The notes: generated by a model from the letters alone, not told the origin. A DNA stretch of 26,357 nucleotides from Bacilli bacterium (GCA_045638205.1 JAZUAY010000171.1:1-26357); one strand, 5' to 3'; counted from the first letter of the stretch, positions 16,669-25,526 are shown. Numbers and translations are program-made.

Positions 16669-16876
16669 TACTCATGAATGAAAATAAAACTAATATAAAC
16701 TGGTTGATTACGATTTATCCAAGAATAGTAGAAAACCTATATAAAATAAGGAATTGTGAGATATAACATCTTGCACGTTTTATATAAAAATATGTTAAAA
16801 CACGCAAAAATTAGTAAAAAATGGACATTTTTGATGTAAAAAGTGGTAGGAATTATGAAGGTGATTTCGCCACCTA
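16660..16876 (+). repeat. Junction J10: rbgA 5' remnant (MNENKTNINW) + S1 + type-B leader + S2
   Basis: ATG 16674, TGG 16701-16703. S1 TTGATTACGATTTATCCAAG at 16704, S2 GTGATTTCG at 16861. Confidence 0.9.
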
Positions 16877-16911
16877 ATAATAAGAAATAATTTGAATACG
16901 GAGGTGATACT

Positions 16912-17634
16912 ATGATTAATAAACCCATTATAGGAGTGGTAAGTAAACCAAATATTTTTTGCAGTGATAAATTATTTACCTCACAATTTGTTTATGATGG
17001 TGTTAGAAATGCAGTATTAAAAAATGGAGCACTTGTTATAGGAATACTACCAACAAAAATATCTACTGTATTTTGTGATTCAGATGAAGTAGTAAATAAG
17101 TCTGATTTTTCACAATCTGAATTAGAGGATTTATATTCATTAATTGATAGATGCGATGGTATAATAATTCAAGGTGGTTTATCTAGTGATGCTTATGAAA
17201 TAAAAGCAGCTAAGTATGCTATAGATAATGATATACCAATACTTGGAATATGTGCAGGATTTAATAATATTATTAGAGCAATGGGTGGTGAAGTTTTTTG
17301 TATTAATAATACAATTCATAATACTGAAGATGGTTCAATAGTTCACAAAAATATAGTTAAAGAAAATACTTTGTTATATGATATTTTAAAAAAGAAAGAA
17401 GTAGATGTTAATAGTATTCACACAATGTTTGCTAATGAAGAAAATATTAAAAATATGATTATTTCAGCGTATTCTGATGATGGCTATGTTGAAGCAGTAG
17501 AAATAAAAGATAAAAAGTTTTGTTTGGGTGTTAAATGGCATCCGGAATTAATGTTAGAAAATGAACAAATGAATAATATATTTAAATATTTTATTGATGT
17601 ATGCAAAGGAGTTGATCCAAATGAACGAAAATAA
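16912..17634 (+). CDS. Gamma-glutamyl-gamma-aminobutyrate hydrolase family (peptidase C26, class I glutamine amidotransferase-like)
   Basis: CDGIIIQGG, PILGICAGFN (nucleophile Cys), VNSIH, GVKWHPE. Confidence 0.9.
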   Translation: MINKPIIGVVSKPNIFCSDKLFTSQFVYDGVRNAVLKNGALVIGILPTKISTVFCDSDEVVNKSDFSQSELEDLYSLIDRCDGIIIQGGLSSDAYEIKAAKYAIDNDIPILGICAGFNNIIRAMGGEVFCINNTIHNTEDGSIVHKNIVKENTLLYDILKKKEVDVNSIHTMFANEENIKNMIISAYSDDGYVEAVEIKDKKFCLGVKWHPELMLENEQMNNIFKYFIDVCKGVDPNERK

Positions 17635-18493
17635 AACTAAGATAAATTGGTATCCAGGGCATATGGCCAAAACTAAAAGAGAAATAAAAGAAAGATTAAA
17701 TTTAATAGATGTTGTTTATGAAGTAATAGATGCTAGAATGCCTATATCTTCAAAAATAGTAGATATAGATGATTTATTAAAAAACAAAAAGAAGATTTTA
17801 ATTTTATCAAAGTATGATTTATGTGACAAAACTGAGACTGATAAATTCATAAAATATTATGAAGCTAAAGGTTATATTGTAATTCCAAGTGATCTTATTA
17901 ATGGTAATATTACAAAAATTCTTGATACTACTGAAAATTTAATGAAAGAAGAATTTGAAAAACGCGAAGCTAAAGGTCTTAATAAGAGAAATATTAGAGT
18001 ATTAGTAATAGGCGTACCTAATGCTGGTAAGTCAACCTTAATTAATAGACTTGTTGGTAAGAAAAGTGCAGGTGTAGGTGCCCGTCCTGGCTTTACTAAA
18101 CAACTTTCTTGGATAAGAGTTGGTAAAAATATTGAACTTTTAGACTCTCCTGGTATTTTATGGCCTAAATTTGAAAATCAAGAACATGCTAAAAACCTAG
18201 CAAGCTTGGCATCTATAAAACAAGAAGTTATTAATGAACTTGATTTAAGTGCATATATATTAAGGAAAATGGATATATTATACCAAGATAATTTATATAA
18301 TAGATATGGTATAAAAAATCTAAGTGAAGATTTAATAAAAGAATTAGATATAATTGCATCTAAAAGAGGAGCTTTAAGAAAAGGTGGTATTGCAGATTAT
18401 GATAAAGTAAGTAAACTCATTATAAAAGATTTACAAGATGGATATTTAGGTAAAATTACTTTTGATAGAATTAAAGAGGTAAAAGATGAATAA
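17621..18493 (+). CDS. rbgA: Ribosome biogenesis GTPase RbgA/YlqF
   Basis: [56 protein letters not shown] 17621 has RBS aaggag. Confidence 0.97.
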   Translation: MNENKTKINWYPGHMAKTKREIKERLNLIDVVYEVIDARMPISSKIVDIDDLLKNKKKILILSKYDLCDKTETDKFIKYYEAKGYIVIPSDLINGNITKILDTTENLMKEEFEKREAKGLNKRNIRVLVIGVPNAGKSTLINRLVGKKSAGVGARPGFTKQLSWIRVGKNIELLDSPGILWPKFENQEHAKNLASLASIKQEVINELDLSAYILRKMDILYQDNLYNRYGIKNLSEDLIKELDIIASKRGALRKGGIADYDKVSKLIIKDLQDGYLGKITFDRIKEVKDE

Positions 18494-19481
18494 ACAGGAT
18501 ATTTTAACAGAATTAGAAAAATTTATTCTTCCTAAAGATGATTATATAGTAATAAGTGGAGCCTCACTTGTTTTACAAGATATTATAGATGAAACTACAG
18601 ACATTGACTTATCTTGCACAAAAGACATCTATGACAAACTAAATTTACCTATAAAAATAGGAGCTTTTGGAATAGAAGTTAAATATACTAATAACATTGA
18701 AATAAGTTATAATTTATATTATAAAGATAATATAGTAGATTATAATGGTTATAAATTAATGGATTTAGAAAAATGTTTAGAAGTAAAACAAGAATTAAAT
18801 AGAAAAAAAGATAAAAATATAATAAATAAATTAGAATTAATATTATGTAGTAAAGATAGCTATAGATACGAAAGAAAATTAAGAGAAAAAGGGGTAAATT
18901 ATATAGCAGGAGTAGATGAAGTAGGTCGTGGACCACTTGTTGGACCAGTAGTAGCAGCATGCGTTGTTTTACCCGAGCATTTTAATCTAGATGGCTTAAC
19001 AGATTCAAAAAAATTAAGTGGGAAAAAAAGAGAATATTTTTATGATTTAATAAAAGAAGAGGCTCTAGGTATTGGTGTAGGTATAATAAATGAGAAAAAA
19101 ATAGATGAAGTAAATATCTATGAAGCAACTAAGCTTGCTATGAAAGAAGCTATTAAAAATTGTAAGAAAGAGACAAAAATTGAGCATATCTTAATAGATG
19201 CTATGCCACTTAATGTAGATGTACCAACCACATCAATTATAAAAGGTGATTTAAAAAGCATAACAATAAGTGCTGCTAGTGTGATAGCAAAAGTAACAAG
19301 AGATAGAATGTTAGATGATTTAGATAAAATATATCCTATGTATGATTTTAAAAAGAATAAAGGTTATCCTACTAAAAAACATTTAGAAGCAATAAAAAAA
19401 TATGGAATAATAAAAGAACATCGTAAAAGTTATGGACCAGTAAAAGATTATTTACAGAAAAATGATAAAATTAAAATTTAG
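18486..19481 (+). CDS. rnhB: Ribonuclease HII with ~120-aa N-terminal nucleotidyltransferase-like extension
   Basis: [59 protein letters not shown]. The N-terminus contains SGASLVLQ...TTDIDL. Confidence 0.93.
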   Translation: MNKQDILTELEKFILPKDDYIVISGASLVLQDIIDETTDIDLSCTKDIYDKLNLPIKIGAFGIEVKYTNNIEISYNLYYKDNIVDYNGYKLMDLEKCLEVKQELNRKKDKNIINKLELILCSKDSYRYERKLREKGVNYIAGVDEVGRGPLVGPVVAACVVLPEHFNLDGLTDSKKLSGKKREYFYDLIKEEALGIGVGIINEKKIDEVNIYEATKLAMKEAIKNCKKETKIEHILIDAMPLNVDVPTTSIIKGDLKSITISAASVIAKVTRDRMLDDLDKIYPMYDFKKNKGYPTKKHLEAIKKYGIIKEHRKSYGPVKDYLQKNDKIKI

Positions 19482-19506
19482 TTAATATATTATAGGAGGG
19501 GGATTT

Positions 19507-20357
19507 ATGAACGATAAAGTAAAAACAATATCAAATTTATTTGAAGGAAACGAAATTAGAAGTATTTGGGATAGTGAATTGGGAGAATATTATTATAGTG
19601 TCGTAGATGTTATCGGCGCATTAACAGATAGTAAAAATCCCAGAAAATATTGGTCAGTATTAAAAACAAGATTAAAAAAAGAAGGTAGTGAAGTGACTAC
19701 AAATTGTAGTCAGTTGAAAATGCTTGCTCCAGACGGAAAATTAAGAAAAAGAGATGCAATGGTTACTAAAGATATTTTAAGACTTATAGAGTCTATCCCA
19801 TCAAGAAAAGCCGAACCATTTAAATTGTGGTTAGCATCATTAGGTAAAGAAAGAATTGATGAAGTATTTGATCCAGAAATAGCAATTAATCGAGCAGTTG
19901 ATTATTATAGGAAAAGAGGATACGATGATAAATGGATTAAAGCAAGACTTAATGGAATAGTTGATAGATTTAAACTTACTGATGTTTGGAAAGAATCAGG
20001 AATTAATAAAGGTTATGAATATGGCATACTTACAAATGAAATTTATAAAACTTGGTCTGGAATGAAAGCAAGTGAATACAAAACATATAAAGGACTTAGA
20101 AAAGAATCTTTAAGAGATAATATGACAGACATTGAAGTAGCCTTAACTGATTTATCTGAAATTACTACTAGAGAACTAGCAAAAGTTCATAAACCTTATG
20201 ATTAGAACAGAATAAAAAAATTGCAAAAATGGGTGGAAGTGCTGCAAAAGCTGCAAGAGATAATATAGAAAAGAATTTAGGAAGAACAGTTATCAGTAAT
20301 AAGAACAAATTGAATTATAAATACATAGATGAAAAATTTCTAGAAGATAAGAAGTAA
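19507..20357 (+). pseudogene. BRO-N family protein with a 1-nt deletion near the 3' end
   Basis: ORF 19507-20205 ends at KPYD*. The homolog at 13727 reads KPYGLEQNK (tatggatta), whereas this copy has tatgatta. The tail LEQNKKIAKMGG...DEKFLEDKK continues in another frame to TAA 20355-20357. Confidence 0.8.
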
Positions 20358-20413
20358 GTATATTTTTTATTTACAGGAAAATAACAAAATTATTGTTTAA
20401 TTGAAAATCATTA

Positions 20414-20442
20414 TTGACAAAATAAAATATAAATAGTATAAA
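20414..20442 (+). promoter_or_regulatory. Sigma70-type promoter of topA
   Basis: TTGACA-17 bp-TATAAA. Confidence 0.7.
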
Positions 20443-20467
20443 TAAATAGGTGAAGGAGAAAAAGACT

Positions 20468-22507
20468 ATGGGAAAAAAACTAGTTATCGTGGAAAGTCCA
20501 AGTAAAAGTAAAACAATTGAAAAATACTTAGGTAATGACTACAAAGTAGTAGCTAGTGTTGGACATATTAGAGATTTAGCAACAAGTGGTAAATTTGGAC
20601 TTGGAGTAGATGTTGAAAATGATTTTAATCCCACATATAAAAATGTAAAAGGGAAATCAAAACTTATTAAAGAGTTAAAAAAAGATGTTGATGAATCTGA
20701 TTTAGTATATCTTGCAACCGACCCTGATCGTGAAGGAGAAGCAATTTCATGGCATTTAAAGGATACTTTAAATATAAAGGATGAAAACTATAAAAGAGTT
20801 TTATTTCACGAAATTACAAAAAATAAAGTAATAGAAGCTATTAAAAATCCAACAGTAATAGATGATGATTTAGTAAGAAGTCAAGAAACAAGAAGAATTC
20901 TTGATAGAATTATAGGATTTAGATTAAGCAAATTATTACAAAGTAAAATTGGTGCTAAAAGTGCCGGACGTGTTCAAAGTGTAGCCTTAAAACTAATTGT
21001 AGATAGAGAACGTGAGATAGAAGCATTTAAACAAGAAGAATACTGGACAATAACAGCCCAATTTGAGAAATTACAAGATATGGAATCAGATCTATATAAA
21101 TATAAAGATAAAGATATTGAACTAAAGAGTGAGGCTGATGCTGATAAAGTATTAAACAGTTTAAATAAAGAGTTTTTAGTAGAAAGTATTACTAAAAAAG
21201 AAGGTAAGAAAAAGTCACGTCTACCATATACAACGTCAACTATGCAGCAAGATGCTTCAAATAAACTTAATTTTCCTGCAAAAAAGACCATGTCAATTGC
21301 ACAAAAACTATATGAAGGTATGAATGTAGGAGAGGAAACTACAGGTTTAATTACATACATGAGAACTGATTCTGTAAGACTTTCTGATGAATATATAAAA
21401 AGTACATATAAATATATAAATGATACTTATGGAAAAGAGTATGTTGGCTATGTCAAAAAAGGTAAGGCAAAAGATAATATTCAAGATGCACATGAAGCAA
21501 TAAGGCCAACAAGTGTTTTTAGAACACCAGAAAGCATAAAAAAATATCTAAGTTCTGATGAATACAAGTTATATAGTATGATTTATTATAGAGCTTTAGC
21601 ATCTCTAATGGCAGATAGCATAGTAGATAAAACAACAGTAATTCTTGATAATAATGATTATAAATTCAAAACAACAGGACAAGTATTAAAATTTGATGGT
21701 TATTTAAAAGTTTATGCTAAATATGAAAATAGTGAGGATAAGATCCTACCAGAGTTAAAAGAAAAAGAGACTATTACATCAAGTGATATTTTGAAAGAAC
21801 AACATTTCACTAAACCACCAGCAAGATATACAGAAGCAAAACTTATAAAAGAAATGGAAGAATTAGGTATAGGTAGACCATCTACATATGCAAAAACAAT
21901 GGATACATTAAAACAAAGAAATTATGTAACTGTAGAAGAAAAGAAATTTATCCCAACAGAAATAGGTATAGAAACAACAGATAAATTACAAGCTTTCTTT
22001 GCAGATTTAATAAATGTTAAATATACAGCAGATATGGAAGATGATTTAGATAAAATTGCGGACGGAAAACTTGTATGGAATAAGGTTTTACGTGAATTTT
22101 ATGATTTATTTGAACCACGTGTAGAAAAAGCCTTTGACGATATGGAGAAGAAAGAACCAGTAGAAACTGGAGAAACTTGTCCAGAATGTGGTCATCCATT
22201 AGTCATAAGAAAAGGAAGATTTGGAGATTTCACTGCATGTTCAAACTTCCCTGAATGTAAATATATAAAAAAGGAAGAAAAAAAAGTAATAGAAATAATG
22301 GATTGTCCAGAGTGTAAGAAAGGGAAAATAATAGAAAAACCTACAAGGCGTGGCAAAATATTCTATGGTTGTTCAAATTATCCTAAATGTAAATTTGCAA
22401 CATGGGACAAACCAATTAATGAAAAATGTCCAAAATGTGAGAGCATTTTAGTAGAAAAAGGCAAAAAAATTAAATGTAGCAATAAGACTTGCGATTATGA
22501 AAAATAA
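20468..22507 (+). CDS. topA: DNA topoisomerase I
   Basis: LVIVESPSK, ATDPDREGE, SAGRVQS, GLITYMRTDS, LGIGRPSTY, C-terminal C4 zinc ribbons. ATG 20468 follows aaggag. Confidence 0.97.
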   Translation: MGKKLVIVESPSKSKTIEKYLGNDYKVVASVGHIRDLATSGKFGLGVDVENDFNPTYKNVKGKSKLIKELKKDVDESDLVYLATDPDREGEAISWHLKDTLNIKDENYKRVLFHEITKNKVIEAIKNPTVIDDDLVRSQETRRILDRIIGFRLSKLLQSKIGAKSAGRVQSVALKLIVDREREIEAFKQEEYWTITAQFEKLQDMESDLYKYKDKDIELKSEADADKVLNSLNKEFLVESITKKEGKKKSRLPYTTSTMQQDASNKLNFPAKKTMSIAQKLYEGMNVGEETTGLITYMRTDSVRLSDEYIKSTYKYINDTYGKEYVGYVKKGKAKDNIQDAHEAIRPTSVFRTPESIKKYLSSDEYKLYSMIYYRALASLMADSIVDKTTVILDNNDYKFKTTGQVLKFDGYLKVYAKYENSEDKILPELKEKETITSSDILKEQHFTKPPARYTEAKLIKEMEELGIGRPSTYAKTMDTLKQRNYVTVEEKKFIPTEIGIETTDKLQAFFADLINVKYTADMEDDLDKIADGKLVWNKVLREFYDLFEPRVEKAFDDMEKKEPVETGETCPECGHPLVIRKGRFGDFTACSNFPECKYIKKEEKKVIEIMDCPECKKGKIIEKPTRRGKIFYGCSNYPKCKFATWDKPINEKCPKCESILVEKGKKIKCSNKTCDYEK

Positions 22508-22637
22508 GGAATTTTATATAAAAAATACATAAAAAATTACATTTTTATGCATTTTTTTATGCTTTTTTCAGAAAAACACTTGATTTTTTTTTAAAATATG
22601 GTATAATATGTAACCAATTGAAGGGGGCTTCTTTAAA

Positions 22638-24020
22638 ATGGAAGAAATTGATTTAAAAGAATTTTTTAAGATTTTATTAAGTAAAATCTGGTTAATATTA
22701 TTAGTAGGAGTAATATTTGGAGCTTCAGTATACTCATATTCGAAGTTCATTAAAGTACCTTTATATGAGGCTACAACTACATTAGTATTAACTAAAACAA
22801 CTGGAGATCAAACAACAATTAACCAAAATGATATTACAGTAAACCAAAAGTTAGTATATACTTATAGTGAGTTAGTTAAAAGTGAAAAGATACTATCTAC
22901 TGTAATCAAAAATTTAGAGTTAGATTATACAACAAATGAACTTGCAAAAGAAATTACAGTACAAACTGTAGATAACACAGAGATTTTAAAAATCATCGTA
23001 AGAGATAAAGATAGAGAAGAATCAAGTATAATTGCAAATGAAACAGCTAAAGTATTTAAAAATGAAATAAATACAGTTTATGAAATTAATAACATCAGTA
23101 TAATTGATACAGCTAAAGTACCTAAAGATGTATGTAATAATACAACAACAAGAGATACAATACTCGGAACATTATTAGGAATGTTTATAGTAATAGTAAT
23201 CATTTTAATAATATTCTATTTTGATGACACTATTAAATATAGTGAAAATTTAGAAGAAGACATTAAATTACCTATCATTGGTAAGATAATGCTTGAAAGA
23301 AAAAAAGATAGAATAGAGTTAGTAGTTAAGAATAAACCAAAAGATGTAATTAGTGAAGAGATTAAAACAATAAGAACCAACTTAGCATTCTCAAGTGTAG
23401 ATAAAGATCTTAGAACAATTCTTATTACATCAACAGAATCAGGTGAAGGTAAATCATATATAAGTGCCAACCTTGCTACAGCATTCTCACAATCTGGTAA
23501 AAATGTATTACTTGTAGACTGTGATATGCGTAAAGGTAGACAAAATAAAATATTTGGTGTACCTAATGATTTAGGTTTATCAAACTTAGCCGTAGCAAAT
23601 ATAGAAAACTTTAGCAAATATATAAGACCAATTAAAGTAAAAAGATTATCACTATTAACATGTGGTACAGTGCCACCTAATCCAAGTGAAATCTTAGAGT
23701 CAAATAAAACAAAAGAATTAATTGAGAAATTAAAAGAAATATATGACATTATTATTTTTGATGGTCCACCAGTATCAGGACTACCAGATTCAGTTATTAT
23801 GTCAACATTAGTTGATAAGGCAATAATTGTAACAAGTGAAAGAAAAACACAAAAAGAAGCGTTAAAATCAGTTAGAAAGTCACTACAATCAGTAGGTGCT
23901 GAAATTGCAGGTGTAATCGTAAATAAAGTTCATATGACTGGACTAGATTATTATAGAGATAAGTATTATTATGGGGAGAAGAAAAAAAATGGTAGACATC
24001 CATTCTCACGTAATAAATAA
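22638..24020 (+). CDS. Fused Wzz chain-length regulator / tyrosine autokinase (CpsC-CpsD, Wzc-like)
   Basis: EEIDLKEFFKILL plus two TM segments. Then TSTESGEGKSYISANLA, LLVDCDMRK, GTVPPNPSEIL, IIFDGPPV and a C-terminal YYRDKYYY tyrosine cluster. Confidence 0.9.
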   Translation: MEEIDLKEFFKILLSKIWLILLVGVIFGASVYSYSKFIKVPLYEATTTLVLTKTTGDQTTINQNDITVNQKLVYTYSELVKSEKILSTVIKNLELDYTTNELAKEITVQTVDNTEILKIIVRDKDREESSIIANETAKVFKNEINTVYEINNISIIDTAKVPKDVCNNTTTRDTILGTLLGMFIVIVIILIIFYFDDTIKYSENLEEDIKLPIIGKIMLERKKDRIELVVKNKPKDVISEEIKTIRTNLAFSSVDKDLRTILITSTESGEGKSYISANLATAFSQSGKNVLLVDCDMRKGRQNKIFGVPNDLGLSNLAVANIENFSKYIRPIKVKRLSLLTCGTVPPNPSEILESNKTKELIEKLKEIYDIIIFDGPPVSGLPDSVIMSTLVDKAIIVTSERKTQKEALKSVRKSLQSVGAEIAGVIVNKVHMTGLDYYRDKYYYGEKKKNGRHPFSRNK

Positions 24021-24723
24021 TATTGATGATGGATCAAAGTCAATTGAAGATTCTATAGAAATGCTAAAGAATCTAAGTGAAGCAGGTATTACAGATATCA
24101 TCTTCACTCCACACTATATAGTTGACACGGACTATCAACAAACTTTTGCTAAAAGAAATAAAGCTTATAACAATTTAGTAAATAAAATAAAAGAAGAAAA
24201 AATTAAAATAAATACTTATCTAGCAAACGAAATCTTTATTGATGTAGATATAAAAAAATACATAAAAAAAGATAAATTAACAATTAATGGAGGAGACTAT
24301 ATTTTATTAGAGTTTCCAATGACAGGAAGATATAATAATAGTTATGGTATCATAGCAGGATTAATAGATGAAGGTTATAAAGTAATTCTAGCACATCCTG
24401 AGAGATATCATACAGTGCAAAAAGACATTCATGTATTAGACGAATTAAAAGAATTAGGGGTTATGTTTCAATCAAATATTGGTAGTTTATATGGAGCATA
24501 TGGTTCTAAACCTAAAAAAGCATTCAAGAAGTTAATAAAAAATAAATATATAGACTTTTTAGCAACAGATATTCATAGACCTAGTTATAAATATAGTAAT
24601 ATAGTAAAACTAGAGAAGAAGTTAAAAAGATATTGTGATAGTGAATATTTTGAAAAAATAACTTATAAGAATGCCAAATATAAATTACTTAGAAAGAAAC
24701 GTAAAACTAAAAAGAATAAGTAA
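23989..24723 (+). CDS. CpsB/CapC-type PHP-family tyrosine phosphatase
   Basis: MVDIHSHVI..IDDGS, FTPHY, LAHPERY, ATDIH. Confidence 0.9.
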   Translation: MVDIHSHVINNIDDGSKSIEDSIEMLKNLSEAGITDIIFTPHYIVDTDYQQTFAKRNKAYNNLVNKIKEEKIKINTYLANEIFIDVDIKKYIKKDKLTINGGDYILLEFPMTGRYNNSYGIIAGLIDEGYKVILAHPERYHTVQKDIHVLDELKELGVMFQSNIGSLYGAYGSKPKKAFKKLIKNKYIDFLATDIHRPSYKYSNIVKLEKKLKRYCDSEYFEKITYKNAKYKLLRKKRKTKKNK

Positions 24724-24755
24724 GGGTCAAAATATTTTCAGGGTGGTAAGGTATT

Positions 24756-25451
24756 ATGAATGAAGAGAGTATAAAAGACCTAAATGAAGTAGGTAACATA
24801 AGAATAATAGAAATAAAAGAACATCCTATAAAAGATTATTTATATTTAATAATCAAAAGATTATTTGATATTACATGTGCTTTAATTGGATTAATATTTC
24901 TATTACCAATAATGATAATAGTAAAAATAATGAATTTAATATCAGGTGATAAAGAAAGTATATTCTATACACAAAATAGAATTGGTAAAAACGGTAAAGA
25001 GTTTAAATTATATAAGTTTAGAAGTATGGTACCAAATGCTGATGAGATTTTAGAAAAGACATTAGAAAATCCGGTGTACAGAAAAGAATGGGAAGAAAAT
25101 CAAAAATTAACTAATGATCCTAGAATAACTAAAGCAGGTAAAATACTTAGAAAAACATCTATTGATGAACTACCACAACTTCTAAATATCTTAAATAATG
25201 ATATGAGTTTTATAGGACCAAGACCATTAGTTAAAGGAGAATTAGATTCACATTTAGGAAATCATGAAGTTTATGAAGCAGTAAAACCAGGTATTACTGG
25301 ATGGTGGGCTTGTAACGGAAGAAGTGCTTTAGAATATACTGAAAGATTACAATTAGAGTACTATTATGTAAATAATAGAAGTGTATTATTAGATATTAAA
25401 TGTATATTTAAAACAATAATAATTGTCTTTAAAAAGACAGGTGCTAAATAA
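24756..25451 (+). CDS. Priming sugar transferase (Bac_transf; WbaP/CpsE C-terminal type)
   Basis: IKRLFDI, FKLYKFRSM, DPRITKAGKILRKTSIDELPQLLN, MSFIGPRP, KPGITGWW. Confidence 0.92.
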   Translation: MNEESIKDLNEVGNIRIIEIKEHPIKDYLYLIIKRLFDITCALIGLIFLLPIMIIVKIMNLISGDKESIFYTQNRIGKNGKEFKLYKFRSMVPNADEILEKTLENPVYRKEWEENQKLTNDPRITKAGKILRKTSIDELPQLLNILNNDMSFIGPRPLVKGELDSHLGNHEVYEAVKPGITGWWACNGRSALEYTERLQLEYYYVNNRSVLLDIKCIFKTIIIVFKKTGAK

Positions 25452-25470
25452 AAAGGGGAAACAAATAAAT

Positions 25471-25507
25471 AGAGACTACAAGAGAACCTTTGTGGTCTCT
25501 ATTTTTG
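25471..25507 (+). terminator. Possible intrinsic terminator/attenuator hairpin
   Basis: AGAGACTACAA...TTGTGGTCTCT followed by ATTTTTG. Confidence 0.45.
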
Positions 25508-25526
25508 AAAAAGTGAGTGATATAAC

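Noticed and set aside
3081-16720. CRISPR array interpretation of the recurring ATGAATGAAAATAAAACTAATATAAACTGGTTG repeat
   Set aside because: The spacing is irregular (0.4-3 kb), the intervals are whole genes, the repeat is the 5' end of rbgA, and no cas genes are present.
3095-16770. The short peptides started at each stranded rbgA ATG as functional leader or attenuator peptides
   Set aside because: Their lengths (11-43 aa) and sequences after INW/INC are not conserved, so they are best explained as by-products of the junction.
3081-17670. Classical integron (intI/attI/attC)
   Set aside because: There is no integrase in the window. The junctions begin with GTTG/CTTG but do not consistently fit GTTRRRY, and I could not find paired RYYYAAC attC hairpins at the rbgA-type junctions. 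The resemblance is organisational only.
11902-20357. Prophage, suggested by three BRO segments
   Set aside because: No integrase, terminase, capsid, tail or lysis genes are present.
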